This document shows, piece after piece, positions 36,401 to 52,198 of a stretch of DNA of 64,000 nt (its first letter is position 1; each line of letters starts with the position of its first letter). The notes under the pieces are model-generated. The model did not search any database and was not told the DNA's origin. It saw nothing but the letters and a program-made list of their open reading frames with translations. A program made the position numbers and the translations under genes. The stretch is taken from positions 1,550,001 to 1,614,000 of the forward strand of contig CDRNST010000054.1 in assembly GCA_977016875.1 (NCBI GenBank). Reading direction: 5' to 3'. The DNA comes from Pavona decussata (taxonomy: Eukaryota).

Positions 36401-39400
36401 GGCGTCACTGTCATGAAAAAGAAAATTAAAAGCCACAGGATGAATGCACTTTTAATAAACAAACGAAATACGAGCGAAGATGAACAGATAACATGTGATT
36501 CAACTGAAATTAGAAATTCACAGGAAACATGGAAACTTAAAAAAGTAATTAAGAACCATGCGAAATGAACAAACCGAAATATACAAATAGACAACTAAAA
36601 GCAATACTTACAAAACTGTGGCAAATAAAAAACTTGAAAGTAAAATACTACAGCGAAAAACGCTAAACTCAGCAGAGAGAACAACAGCTCGTAGGAAAAC
36701 ATGCAAACCAAAGACTTGTAACAATGAACCACACTGAAAAATTCAGCTAATGTACCGACGCAGTATGCAAATGTAATTAACACTTAGTTCCAGGGTGAAC
36801 TCCCTAAGGCATCCTGATTGACTTCTAGGCGCAACATCCGATATCTGACAATTTTGTTGAAGGTCATAGGCTTGACATGCTGAAGTCCAGACTTTTGCCT
36901 TTTCAGTCTCCTGCTAAATGCATGTGACAAACAGGCTACAGCTCACTGATTTGCCATCTGAATATGAAACTAGAGAGAGTAAACTTTGGATCACGGAATA
37001 GACAAAGAAACTCTGCACAATCAGCGGCTTTTCTAAAAGAATTACAAATTCCATTAATCAGGAAGACATGGCTCATTAGTTGGTGTACCTTTAGCTCTTA
37101 CCGTTTTGGCAATCGTTCGGGTACCTTCTTTAGTATGAGCTTTAGAAGAAAATGCATTCTCTGATACACCAACGCTGTTGGTGCTCAGTGGATGTGCAAG
37201 TAGTTTTGTGTTTTGAGTAAACTGGAAACAATAACACAAAACAGTCCTGAACGTTGGATTACCTCTTTCTTTTCCAGACCAAACGCTGATCAGTTGTCTT
37301 CATAATGAAAATACTTCCTGTTTGTGATTGTGTATATTTTTGTAAGTCCATTTGGATAGGCCTGGCAGATGTGTTACGACACATGCTTCTTCAAACTTTG
37401 TTTTGCAAATCAAATTGTGACAAGTGTCTAATATAATTTTGTTTTCATCAATTGAAGGTCTTCCACCACCTCCAAGTGTTCCAGGGTACAAAGTTTATCC
37501 TCATCTGGTGAACCGTGCACCTTGTGCAAGGGCTCGTAAACTTGCTTTAGGAGTACTTACTTTGGCAGGTGTTGGGGTGTATGTACCTCAATGCAGTCAC
37601 AATGGCAATTTTGACCAAATACAATGTCACCAATCTACTGGATACTGCTGGTGTGTTGACAAGTCAGGTGTGGAAATACCACGTACACGCACCCGTGGGA
37701 AGCCAACATGTGATAATGGTAAGTGCCTTTGTAATAACAAATTTACATGGGAAGGTCAATGATATATCTATGTTGTCTTTTGTAAATCAAAAGCGGGAGA
37801 TAGAAAATTGCAATGTATACTGATATATGAATAAGATAGACTTAAAAGTTGTGAAACATTAATCACCTTAACCCTTAGCAAACAATTTCTGAAATTGAGC
37901 ATTGGATAACTTTTAAATTCTTAAGGAGAAATTTATTTGGGTAAAAGGAAACAGTCTGTGGTTTAGGGTTTAAATTGCATTTCAGACACAGTTTCTCCCT
38001 CGATGTAATCGTGTAAAGGGCATATTTCGAATGGAGGATCATTTTTCTAAGAATCTGAAGCATTTTTCCAACTGACTGTTTACTTTAGCTTTTGAATTAT
38101 GTTCTTTTTAACAGACGTTTGTCAGATATGCTAGAAGGTTGGTTGATACTCTGACCCAGTATTCAAAGAATGTTTTGCATTATGACGTTTAGTGGAGAGT
38201 CATTTTGGCACAATATTATTGCCAGAAATCTAAAGCTAATAGTTGAAGCTGTTAAAGTAGAAATAAATATCCTAAATCTTAAGACAGACCTGTCTAGTTG
38301 ATAGAAAACATTCCTTGCTGCTTTGGATTTTCCTCCATTTCTCTCCTTTCAATGGTAATGATAAACCATGTTTCCTTGCAGCTAATTTTACACGTTGTGA
38401 GATGGACCTTTTGCGAGCTCGTGGCTGGCAAATAAATGGCAAAGCAGCTGCAGTGTTCACACCAAGTTGTCGACCTGATGGAAGTTACGTTCCAGAACAA
38501 TGTGACAAATCCACTGGTCAGTGCTGGTGTGTTGACAAAGATGGGAACGAGCTTGTGGGAACAAGAGTCAGTGGGAGGTCTTCTTGTACATCTCATTGTA
38601 AGTTTGTGTGATGTTGTTAAGGTAACACTTCTTAAAATTTGCATGGAAGTGTGAAATCAGATTCATGACATTTTGGAAGGTTTCAGCCCGTTTTATAATT
38701 TGGTTGAAATGGGTGTAATCCATTTCCTCATCTCAAATACCCATTGTATGATAATTCAGAACAATTTATCAATCAGAAAATACCCCTCCAATGTTAACAT
38801 TGGAGGGTATTTTAATGCCTTGTTTATGTAGATGTTAAGACCTGGACTTATGTGCAACTTTGCATTTACTTTGCACTTTTTGTCTACCTGGTGTTTCGTT
38901 CTTCTACATCAGAATTGTTGTTTGTAATGTTCTATCCAGCAATTTTAGGAGAGGATTCTTTTGAACATAATTATTACATAGAGCTTTGGGTTCCACATTA
39001 CATCATCTTTCTGGGCCTTCCGAATCATGAAGATCACTTATAAGTTCATGCTAAACCTGAATAGCTGGTCCTAGTGGCATTGACCTACGAACTTATGTAT
39101 GTTGTGACTGGAAAAATGTGTGGTCTCATTTAGTACACAGCATGTGGTTATGATGATTTCTTTAAATGTTTTACGAACATCTCAACTGCAAGTTCTTGTG
39201 TTTTTTTTTTTTGATAGCTGGTGAGACAACATGTCAAAAAGATTCCAAAGGTGACGAGTCAGGACACAGTCAATGGCTACCTGCCTGTGATAAAACCGGG
39301 GGCTACACCCCCATGCAGTGTGATCAGTCTTCTGGCAGTTGCTGGTGTGTAGACAGGCTGGGCAGGGAAATTCCAAGAACTAGAAACAATGATACAAGAC

Positions 39401-42400
39401 GTAATTGTGATGCAGCAGGTATGCAGGTGTTTGATGTTGTGACACATTCTTCATTCTTACCAATGCATGGGCAACAGTTGCAACAAAAACAACTCAGATA
39501 TGCTTTCTGTAAGCTTCGAAAAATACATGTCCCATTGACACTGCAGTATTGTAATGGATGTGTAACTTGTGCAATTCATTACATTGATGCCCTCTACTTT
39601 TATGGGAAAAAAAGCGAAAATACCGTTTTGAGAATCTTACACTATAGACCAGTACATTTCTACGTGTAGGACAGTGGGAATGTCAAAATAGGATGATTTA
39701 CTTGTGTCTCTTTTGTTGGCATCTCATTGGTTCTTGCACAGTTTTTTGCATTACCAAAGTAACACTGTGGATTGTGGCTAAGTCACAAGTACCGCACAAG
39801 CAGACGTTGGTAACTTTTAGCCACTTGAATGGGCACTAAAGCCTCTTTGGGAGCAGGCATCACCTCTTGATCTACCATTAAAGATAATCATCATTAAGCC
39901 TGGATATTAGCAGCCACAGACAGCTCTCTTAGCCTTATAAGGGCTCATCAACGCTCAGGCTTGGAGTTGTTTGTAAGTTTAATCTTCCATCCCAGTGCCT
40001 GGATGGTTTGATGTAGATATCAAGTACTCTTTTGTGTCATATTTATGCTGTGATTAATCTTTAGCTGGATTAAGACAATGCCAGATTGAACGACAGCAGA
40101 GTTTCCGTTGGAATGGAAAACCTGCTCCTGGAGTGTTTGTACCAGAGTGTGATGCAGAGGGAGCGTATCAAGGCACCCAGTGCCATGAATCATCAGGATT
40201 CTGCTGGTGTGTGGATGCAGGCGGAAATGAAATCCCCAGGACTCGCATCAGGGGGCGTGCTATGTGTAAACCTTCAGGTAAAGTGTCTATACTGTGGGAA
40301 AGCTGTTCTTGAGTTTGGTCTACAACACTGCTCAAGAGGGCGGTTGAGGCAGATATTTTCCAGCCAGCCAGCTGGAATTTTTTGTTTCCTGTTTTACATT
40401 TGTCGACCTGGCTGGACTGGCATTGTGAACTTCACATCAGCTTTCTTTACATGTTTCGATGGTAACTGTTTTTTCATTATTGCACAGTGACCAAATCACC
40501 CTGTCAGAGGGAGCGTCAAAGACATCTAGGCTGGAGTACCCAAGGGTCTGCTGACTATTCATCAGAATGTGCTGATGATGGCAGTTACAAACCTAAGCAG
40601 TGTAACTCATCTCACTGCTGGTGTGTAGACAGTCATGGATATGAGCTTCCAGAAACACAACAGCTGATTCATGCAGATCTTGATTGCTCCAAAGCACCAG
40701 GTATCTGAATGGAAACAATTTACATGTAACGGTGTGTGGTTCTTAAGTGGGGTCAGTTTGAACTACAGTTCTAGGGTTGTGGCTAAGGGATTTTTGTGTA
40801 TGGTAGTTTTTCATAATTATGCGGAATTGCGTTCTGGCTTAAATGACATGTAAACCTGTGATCCCTACAATATTGGTGCAATATTAGCTAACTGAGCTAT
40901 CGAGTCAACTTGGAGCTAGTCATTTTGTAAGTCCGTATTATACCGTTGGAAGATGAATGGTTGAAAGTAAAATATATGAATGTACGTGACCTGCAGATTA
41001 AAGATTTTGTCGTTGAGAGCCCTTTAGCTGTTTTTAGGGAGCATTCTTTAATTTTCTGCGTTTGCTGGTTAAAGTCCATTTTCTATTATACAATTCATAG
41101 GCATTTAATGTTTTGTATCATCAAAATTTATTTCATGTAACTTTTATGTCAAGCTGTTTTAAGCACATGCCAGCGATGGAGAAGCCGCATCCTTGACTTA
41201 CCTGGTTACCCTGTACCTCCTGGTGTATTTATTCCTGAGTGCGAGGAAGATGGAAGATTTAGAGAAGTTCAATGTTTGGGAAGCACTGGAGAATGCTGGT
41301 GTGTCACTGATGATGGATTTATGATTTGGAGCACTGCTGTAAGAGGAAAGCCTCACTGTGTTAAGAAAGGTAAGTATATGGAGACTAAGGAAATTGAAGA
41401 ATGTGTATTTTTTCTTTACTGGGTTGTGTTTATAGGCAAGGCCATTTTCATAAAGGCATGGGTCTCTACGAAGATGTATCATTATATTTACTACCAGCAA
41501 TTTTGTTGATTTACTACTGGAAAACACTACAGATCTGGCATTCATATCAACAATTCCATGCTTCTGCTACAAGAAATAGCTATCTTTTTTCTCCTCTTGA
41601 CTTAAAAAAGAAGGCATTTGATTGGAGAATCCAAGGTGCTTAATAATAGTTACAATTTCAACAGCTAGTTTTGAGCAATTATTTAATCACAACTGGTTCA
41701 CTAACTGTACATTATGTGCAGGTCCAACCAAATGTCTCAGGGAGCAGCAGTTGGCAAACTCAGCCCTTAGTCAAAATAGAAATGGAAATACCTTTATTCC
41801 AAGTTGTAATCCTGCTGGTGGATATGAAAGAATGCAGTGTGACAGTGCAGTTGGAGAATGCTGGTGTGTGAACAAGATGGGTGATGAAGAACCTGGAACA
41901 CGCATAAGGGGAAAGAAGCAGTACTGTGATGCACCTGGTAGGGTTTGTGGATGTGATACTCTATTATCGTTATTGATCAGCTTACATCTCTTGTACCAGT
42001 CACTCACTTCACTTGATTCCTTGTTGAACACATAAGAACACTTCAGAGGGCAGGGCTGCAATGGCTAGGAATCATTTAAAGAAAAACTTCTTAATGATCA
42101 TGAATGGTAAAGTCAGGGCAATTGCAGATGAGGGATTTCATTCGATGCTTCCCATGACAGGGGCTGATAATGTTTTTTATGCAGTTAAATAAATATATAA
42201 CCAAGTTAACAACCATGATCTTAGTGGTCCTGTCCTGTCAGCAGACTTTTTCATTATAACAGTCAGTGGTTCACTTAACACATGCAGGCTCGGATAGCAC
42301 TTCATTGATAAGTTGAAACGTGGTATTTTAGACCTTAAGACTTCTTCAGTGTAATTTAGTGGTGTTCACAGTTGTTTTCCTTAAGCATTTTTGGTAGGGA

Positions 42401-45400
42401 GCCTTTTATCTCTCCCTCACGCTAATTATAAGTTAAACTTACCTTCAAACAAAATAGCTGCTACTTGTTTTGAAAAGCTTTCATTTGAATAGTGCACTTG
42501 AAACTTCTGTTCCCCGGTTTGGTGCAATAACCACTTTTTATTGCAGACATTTAGCACCTCATGAAAGTACCTTATTACTGCATATGAAAGTACTGCTCCT
42601 TAGTGTTCATTGCATGGTCACACTTTTAAGTATATAAGAGGCTCTTAAGGGTTTTGTTCATGAAGTTTAGGTTACTTTTTTATGTCTTACCTAAGAACAA
42701 CAGAGGTGTTTATCCAAAGTTATCACTTAAGCATCTGATTATTTTTGTTATTCCAGCTGGACTGTCATCTTGTCTAAAGGAGCTGCGACGTGCTCTGGGA
42801 TACACCAACCAGGCTATTCCATCACGGTTTAAACCACGTTGCAAGAAAGATGGATCTTATGAAAACATGCAGTGTCTGAAAGATGGAAGTAATGGCGAAA
42901 CATGCTGGTGTGTGGATAGTGATGGGAAAGAGTTAATAGGAACAAGGGTCTCAGGAAAGGCATCGTGCATCCCTGAATCAGGTAGGACAGAATTGAAAAG
43001 ATTATGGTTGATTGTTCTTAAGTACGTGCAGTATTTGTAAGTTTTACTAATGACTACTGAGCAAATTATGGGCTGACTATGAAATTTTAATTGAAAACTC
43101 TCAACCGGAGGCGGAAGCTTTGCATAGCATGGCCAACCATTTGAATACAGGGCCACTGTCGAAGAGATTCGGCTATTGGGCAAAGACTTGAGCTTAGCTA
43201 TGCACAGGGTTCGTACGGGTTATGGAAAACCTGGAAAGTCATTGAATTTTAGAATTTCATTTTCTAGGCCTGGAAAGTCATGGAATTTAGGTGTGGGTCA
43301 TGGAAAGTTATGGAAAATGATGTTTATTAAAAAGTGCAAAATAAATTGGGGTGTTTTGCGAAGAAAATAATAAAAACATACCCAAAATGAAAGATAATTT
43401 CCAAGAAAATGGTCAAATTTAGGTCATGGAAAACTTGGAGAAGTCATGGAAAGTCATGGAATTTTAAAAGCTGAAAGGAGTACGAATCCTGTATGCACCT
43501 CTCGTCAAATGTATTGCAGTTCAGGTTGGAACACATATATTTTGTTATAAATCTGGCAAAGTTTGGTTTCTTTGTGGATAAGAAGAAGATTAATGGTTAA
43601 TTGGTAATATCAAGCACTTTCATTTTCTCATTCAATTAGCACCACTATCTATGTGCCAGAAAGAAAGACGTCTTGCTCTTGGATGGGACAGCAAACCAAA
43701 TGATGGTGTTTTCGTACCAGACTGCAATTCAGATGGATCATACAAGCCTATCCAGTGCTTGCAATCTGAAGGCCCCTGCTGGTGTGTAGATGACAATGGG
43801 AAAGAAGTACCAGGAACGCGAGTAGAAAGTGGCAAACCTGATGATGATTGTCTAGGTAACATAATAACCAAGAAGAAATTTGTTAATTTGTTTGGCACAT
43901 AATTCCATGATTTTCATGTGTGTGGACACTCTCCAGGCCAAATTGGAATTTAAAAATGTTGGTTTTTGAGGATTTGGGAAAACCAGAGTACCTGGAAAAA
44001 AACCTTGGGGAACAACGAGAACCAACAACAAACTCAATCAGGGCCACATTAGTGGGAGGAGAGTGCGCCCACTCCTGTGTCATCCATGCTCCCCCTGGTA
44101 GATAATGTATTCCTTTTGTGGATTTTATACTTGAGAAAACAATTGCATCAACTTAGGCCAGCAAAATGTGGTATGACTAGACAAGGGTTGATGAGAGGAA
44201 GGCTTGGTGATGTGAATAAATTAACATCAGGGTTAGTTGTCTGTAAGGAATTAAAATTTCACCATAAAAGTATATTTTTCTCAAGTTCTCAGTAAATGTC
44301 TGTGGTTGTAATCATAAAATGTTTCTTCTTTTCCTTATCCTGAATGTGTTCGCTTGTGAGAGAAAAACTTTTGTTGTGTATTTATTTACGCTTTGTCCTT
44401 TTTTCGTCTTTCTGTTGAAATCACAATAACTTCCAGCCATTACGGTCTGTAATCTACTCTAGTTCATTTCTTTAATTTGTTTGTTTGAGAAACTAATAGA
44501 TCTGGTTCTTTTCTCACAATAATGGTAGGAACTCATCTTGAAGCAAAAAAACCGACCAGATGTTTGTTGGACAGAGCGAGGTCTTTGGCATTAGAAGTTG
44601 AGGGTTCAAATGGCAAGTACATTCCCAAGTGTACTGGTTATGGACGTTATGATCCGGTGCAGTGCCATCCTGCCCTTGGGCAGTGTTGGTGCGTTGACAA
44701 GTATGGTAATGAACTTGATGAAACAAGACAAGAAGGAAATCCTAACTGCAATGATACTGGTGAGTACTGCTAGTCATTGAGGACTTTTGTCCACCATACG
44801 AGTCATCAGGGGGTGAATTGAGCACGGGTTTACTGAGAGTTACCGGAAAATGGCATTATTTTGAAAAATGTGAAAGCAAATAACAATCTTACCTAAGTAA
44901 GAGCCTTTGAAATCTGTGTCATTTGCAGAATGTCGCTTCTTTTTCGGTATTGGTATTCCACAATTTTTCTGTTACTTTATAATAGTTATGGATAATAATA
45001 TTATTGGTACAAACGCTAAACCAAATATGATTAGATTTACATTTTGATATCTCTGAATAATCGTTACGCGGGAGGCCTTGGCCAAGTTTCTTTTTCATTG
45101 TAGTCACAAATGGTAATGAATAAGTTAATAGACCATTTCCGAGTTGCTGTGAACCTCATTATGAAAGCGAGGCTAAGTGCGAAGTTTTTGTTATGAAAAT
45201 TAGTTTTTATTCATATGCAAACAAAACTAATTTTCATATGAAACGTTTTGCACTTAGCCTCGCTTTCATAGTGAGGTTCACAGCAACTCGGAAATAGCCT
45301 ATTCAAACTTATTAAACCTGGATTAAACTCTCTTCTCCTCTAAAAGTGATATTTTTGTCTTCTATTGTTCCAATTGTCTGCAGCAAACATGGCCTAAGGC

Positions 45401-48400
45401 AGAAACATTATCTGCAGGCATATTTATAGGTCCTGGTCTAGTGGGGTTTTGTGCAGTGAAATATTCCACCAGTCAGTCACAATGGCGGCCATATTCGTAA
45501 ATTTTCAAGACTCAAATGTGTCATTTTCAGAAAGAAAACAAAGTCTTTTGAAGTGGTAACTCAAAAGAACAACTTCTAAGAAGTACTCGACAGTTTAAAT
45601 GTTATAAATTGGAGAACAAATTACTCTTTGAGGGACAGATTCTAGGGACAGATTGTGAAGCGAACCCAAAAGGTCATAATCTTAAACTAGTCAAGTCCCG
45701 GCCACGACTGGGCTAAAATTTATTTTTTCGAATGAATACTTGGTAATACACTTGCAACCAAAGCTCACTATCCGATAACATGAACGTAAAATCGATGTGA
45801 GAGGTTTGACACTATAAAACAAGTAAAGTAAACATGAGTCAGGTCTGTATCTGTGTGGCTCAGTCATTTCGTTATTATTAAAGCAATTCCGGTATGACAA
45901 CAATTAGCGTAACGTAAGGTCATTACGCTTTCTTTCTGACTAAAACTATTCAATTAGCTCAATCGTCAAGGAAGGATAGGTTTAAGAAATCTGCGAAGCT
46001 TACATTGGAATAAATGAGACCGCTTATTAAGCCTGTATGGCTTTCTTGTCTTGATGAAACAAGCCCGGGAAATGAGGACACTTCGTAATCTTACACTTAC
46101 TGACATTATGTAACCAGAATATGATTAGCGCTGACGATAAGGTTTGTAATCGATGCTCATAACAATCACGAGAATTTCTGGTATCTGTCAGATTGCTGTT
46201 ATCTCACGGTATCATTAACAGCTAATAAAATCGATTGATAACTAACTACTAAAAAAGCATTATTTTGTGTAATCAACGATCTCAAACTCCAACAGGTAAT
46301 CAGCCCTTCAATTCAAAGTTAATGCTTACATCGACCAAAGCATCCCACGTAAACCCTCTAAAAAGTGTTTTGTGTCTTCTATAACCCACCACCTTACAAA
46401 ACTCTGTTGGTGAATATGTTTAACTGAAAGTAAAATAACTTCAAAAGAAAGCAGCCATACATGTAGTTTCAGGCTTATCTTTTATGATATACAATTTTCT
46501 GTTGATTACAGAAACCAAGTTGACTTTGTGCCAAAGGAAGAGGAAGGATCTTTCTCAAGCTGTTCTTCCCTTTGGCCATTATATTCCAACATGTTCAAAG
46601 TACAATTCTTTTGAAAGTGTGCAGTGTCATCCTTCAACTGGGTACTGTTGGTGTGTTGATCAGAATGGAAATGAGTGGCAGGGAACAAGACAGCGAGGGA
46701 GACCACTGTGTGACCATACTGGTACGCTGTAGTTGCTTTGGAACCTGCTAAAAAATGTACTTTAGGAGAAGTGAGCCAAACCAAAAGCTACGCACGGTTT
46801 ACAAAGTCACAGCCTTGTGCTTAAAAATCTATGAAATTTAAGTGCCTCAAAATTGCCAGGGTCTTAACAAAGTGACATTGTGATGAAATTGTACTGAAAA
46901 CTCATATTTTTCATGTTTTTCATATTTGTTCAAGAACCAAAATGAAAGGTCATAAATTGAAGACACCGGGAGGCAATTTTTTGACAGCACGGGATTTGTC
47001 TAAGTCTTGCTGAGCATGCTAAGCTTTCTCATGGCATTATTTGCATATGTCCCTTAATTGGTCCCAACACTGGCGCATGATAATGGAATTATTCTACTCC
47101 TTCACAACTGAGGAAGGAGTAGAGCACCTGGTTCAAGTTTCAGGGATATTTTTTAATTAATAGCTTTACAGATGGAAGTCTTTGGCTTATACGATGAATA
47201 AAAAGCACACTACCCTCTGATAATTAGGTGATGTAGCTAATTCACAATGATTTATAACTCTTCTTCAACTTTCCAGCTGGACTAACCCCTTGTTGGAAGG
47301 GACGCCTGGAGGCCTTTGGACTTGACAGAGTACCTCCTCCTGGTCGGTTTGTACCAGAGTGCAAACGTACTGGAGAGTACAAAAGTCTCCAGTGTCATGG
47401 ATCAACTGGATATTGCTGGTGCGTCGATAAAAATGGGCGAGAAATACGTGGAACACGGAAGCAAGGAAGCCCACCCTTATGTTACAAGGAAGGTAGGTTG
47501 CTATTGACACACCGTGACTGAATCTATGTTCTGAGACCTCAACCTACTCTGCTGATTATGCAGATGTACAGGACAACATTTTCTAGTTAGTTTGGTGATG
47601 TAACCTATTGTAGCTGAGAGAGCCTAAACTTGATGAGTATGATCATTAGTTGTACTTGTATGTTATTCGTGGTTAATTGTAATTTAATGTGATCAAAATG
47701 AAATGAGCCGCGAGAGATATGAAGAAAATCTAACTTTATTATAGCAAAGCAAATGTTAATAGCACAAGGAGGCTAACCATGACTTCAAAGTAAGTCTTGA
47801 CTTTCAAATTAAACCCCAAAAGAGGAAAGCCTAAAAACAACAGAAGAATTGGTGACTTTGTTTATCTTTTACTCAAACTAAAATTTGATACTGTTTTCTT
47901 AGCAAAGATGATCTTTGTTTTTAGTGCGACAATTATTTTTTCAATTGGATGGAAGCCAAACGTATCCAACCTTGATGTGAAAATATATGGGTATAAATTA
48001 ACGAAAAATCCTGCTTAATTTTTAAAATGTGACACTTTTTTGGTTCATATCGACAAACAGTGTTACTTTTCCCAAGAAAAGCCTTTTCTTTGGTTTGTAA
48101 CATGCACCTATGCCATCAGGATTTTTTGAGTGTTTTACAAGTTTTTAAAGCAAGCGTGCATTTTCATGTTTGTTCTCACTTGGATGCATTATTTTGCAAA
48201 CCAAATTAAACTCTAGTTGTCGTCTCGTTTATTTTAACAGTTGTAGCTTTTTTTTCTTCCTAATTTGCTACTTTACATTTCTCTGTTAGGCCAACTACCT
48301 CGTTGTCTGCGTGACCGCCAATTTGCCTTGGGTTGGAATGATATTGCAGTGCCTGAAATGTTTGTTCCAGAGTGCACAACTGATGGTAAATATGAAAAAG

Positions 48401-49961
48401 TTCAATGCCACACATCATCTGGTGTCTGCTGGTGTAGTGACAGTGATGGCCACATTTATAGCGGTACCAAGGTTCAAGGCAAACCAGATTGCTCTAATCT
48501 TCCAGGTAAAGCACGAGGAATTTCAAGATAGCTTCGTTTCTATTCTTAGTAAATGAAGTTTCCCATAAAAGAGTTTGTTTCATCAATGATGCTGTTCAGC
48601 TTTGTTCTATCACTTCTTTTATGAATTCAAATGTCATGTTCCAGATTTATGGTTTTCCCATCTAAGGTTTTTCTGCAAAGGAGCTGTAAGCTACAATCCT
48701 GGGCAACTGGTTTAGGGATACTTCAGTTTTGTTACTGTCTGTGTGAAATTTGAAGATAGCTAATAGTTTACGTTCCTAAAATGGATCTTGCAAAATTCTT
48801 TTCCCCACACCCCATGCACAGTGTTGAATTCAACACGCTGTAAAAGATTGTTGCGACATTCTTTACTCCTAACTGTCAACATTGTTTTTTTTGGGGGGGG
48901 AGGGGGGGGGGAGACGAATATTTTTGATGTTTTGATCTAAAATGTCTGTGTCACAAACTCTTTGGTCAGGGTTGTAGGACATCATCTACTTCTAGCATTC
49001 TCTGTGCATGAAACAAAACCATTAACATTTTACCTGTAATTTTTAAAGTATTCTGTTTGGCATGAACATCGCACTTGACAATACTCATCTTTATCTCCCT
49101 TGGGGGGGGGGGGGGGGATAAGGCCGTGACTTGACATTACAACCTCATTACATGTGATAGTGAGGCGTGGTGTAGTCTCATAATGAAAATTGATTGTCAG
49201 TTGTGCCTTTCGAAACTAGTAGTAGGAATTGGGTTGATTATGATAACAAGAAACCTTACATGCCTGACGTAAGGACAAATAACATACCATCTTTTGATTT
49301 TGAAGATGAAGCTAGCCTGTGCATCAAGGACCAGGTGCAAGCTGGTGCATGGTCTGGAGACTTTGCCATTGTCTTTTCACCTGAATGCAACGAAGATGCA
49401 AGTTTTAAAACTGTGCAATGCCAGACGTCTACTGGTTACTGTTGGTGTGTTGACAACAGAGGTAATGAAATCTGGGGCACCAAAATAAGAGGAAAACCAA
49501 ACTGCACTGATATAGGTATGTTACCAAGCCACTGTTTGAATTTCACTTTCTTGTAGTCATTTGTAACACATTTGTTTTATTTGTAAAAGGGACCTAACTT
49601 CTTTGGAGGACAACAACAACTGTGCTGGCTTTATGCTATGTTGTAAATGACATTTCTTTGCAATAATCATATATTATCTTGATGCTTTAATGTGAAAATT
49701 TTAAAGGGATAAGACACTTACAAAAACATGTTCAAAAGAGCATAATATATTGTTTTTGGTATTCAATCACCTTCTGGGTGAAAAGAAAACTGAAAAACAC
49801 ATGCTGCCAAATTTATGCTACCTTTATTTCATGTGGTAATAGTTTGGCGATGAAATAATTCACTTGAAGATATGTTCAATGAAGGCTTTTTTGGTTAATT
49901 AGTAGTCCCTCAAGGATCTTGTGTTGCAAGTGTGACTTCAGTGACAGGATCTTAATATGAA

Positions 49962-50000
<39 letters not shown>

Positions 50001-52159
50001 TAATTAATATGCAACTTATTTAAGTGTCCACAGTTAGTAGAGGCAATATTTCCATGGCTATGATCACTGGAAGAATAGAGTGTTTTTAAAATTAAAATAT
50101 GAAACGGCCACAGTGAAGTTTGTTTGATCATTCATTTGTAAGCCCTAAGGATAAGGGGACACTGGCTGCCATAACGAAGACAAGGTGAAATTTGTACAAA
50201 GAGACGATCATTTATGGAATTCAAACATCAATCCTTAACAGGGTTCATTTTCAAAGAGAGCGACGAAACAGAAAAGCGACCAAACAAATATGCTTACTAG
50301 TATGTATATAGTTGGTTGCAGTGGAAAAGTACGTAAGGGTATAATGTCATGAATCTGTTGTGTTCATTTATTGATACAGCTCAGAAAAAGACCGTCTGTG
50401 AAATGGAAAGCAGCGAGGGTGCACTATTCCAGCAGACACGTTTCCACTTCACTCGCTTTGTGCCATTGTGTGACAGTTATGGTGGTTATCGCAAGGTGCA
50501 GTGTGGATCACTTGGAAAATGCTGGTGTGTGGATCGATATGGCAATGAGTTGCCAATGACAAAGACCAAAGGAGTGCCTTACTGTGGTGTAGATGGTTAG
50601 TATTTCTATGCTTAATTGGTAGAGTGAGTAAATTCACATTTAATGTACATGTAGTGCTGGTTAAGTTGTGTCTTGTAGGAATACATACTACATAACAGAA
50701 AAGAAATATCTCGTTTATGATTTGCCCTTACCTAACAAGCCCTACTTGTAAACAAACTTGCATAATGTCAAGGAACAAGTCGTGGACTAGAATCAGGTTA
50801 GGGGAAATCCTGTGCCCTACCAGGAATGTGACCATGCGCCCAAACCCTTTCTATCCTGCAATATTTGGGGAGGAGTAAAGCCAGGGATTGCACCAGCTAG
50901 AGACATTAGAACATTCCTGTTTGTCTCTTGTCTTATTTCAATGAAAATAATGTGATTCCAAATAAGAAAAGAGAAACATGACTTTTTTGTAACTGCAGAT
51001 GCATTTTCAGTTTGGTAAGTTAATTGGACAGTTTTGCAGGAGCATTTCAGTTATGAGTGAATAATAGTTAATGATAATTTAAACACTTAAGCACTATTTA
51101 CATTTCCTGATCGATGGCTTCTTACAGTGGACAATTTAATATAAAAGTATAAACAATAAACGTAAAAAAGTATCAGCCACAAACAATTCTGCTGATTATC
51201 CCAGATGTATCACACCACAGAGTAATTATCCTCTTTACTTGCTTCTCATTATTGTCTGTGTTTCTTTTAATCACAAACAGCTGGACTGAAGAGTTGTCAG
51301 AAGGAAAGGCTTCATGCTCTTGCCTGGTCTGGATCAGCTGCACCCGGTGTGTTTGTGGCCCAGTGTACTTTTGATGGTGAATTCAAGCCTGTCCAGTGTG
51401 CACCATCTGGAGATTACTGCTGGTGTGTAGATCAGAATGGCAAACCTATTCCAAGGACTTACTCCACGGACAAAATTACTTGCACTGATCCAGGTTTGTA
51501 GATTTTATAGTGTTGGATATTGTTGTCTTTGAATTCACACTATTTGTGAAGTGACCAGTGACCTAAGAGTACTGCTTGTCGACATAAATGTAAATATTTT
51601 GGGAATTTATCCAGGCTGAAAAGTGTGATTCTTTGAATAAAAGGTTAAATGGCATCCATATCTGTATATTCCAGTTACTGAGGAGAAAATTTCTAACCGC
51701 AATATTTTGTACAGCGAATTTAACGGCATGCCAGCTTGAGAGACTCCATGCATCTGGTAGACCTGGTCAGTTCCAGCCTGAATGCACTGTTAATGGGAAG
51801 TACAAGACAGTACAGTGTGAGAGGGGCATTTGCTGGTGTGTTGATCAGTATGGAAATGAACTGTATGGAACTAAGACGTATGGCACTCCACAATCATCTT
51901 GCCCAGACAAATCAACACCAGGTATCCTTGATTCTTATTTGGAGTGTGGAACACTCATTTAATAATAACTTAAGGTTTATGTAAACTGCAATTTAATGTG
52001 TGGTTATTAAAATTGCATTCTGTTGGTTGAGGAAGGGCCTTTTTGCTTTATTTAACTATAAATTAAAATTGTGGCGTTAAGTAAGCTTCAAATGTTAAAG
52101 CCACAAAAGGCCAAAAATTGCGACCCCCCCCCCCCCCCCCACAAAAAAAAATACATCAA

Positions 52160-52198
<39 letters not shown>

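Noticed and set aside
36790-37300. Possible minus-strand coding remnant ([15 protein letters not shown]...SSPWN*)
   Set aside because: Short, interrupted by stops and not assignable to a family by eye; needs a tBLASTx search.
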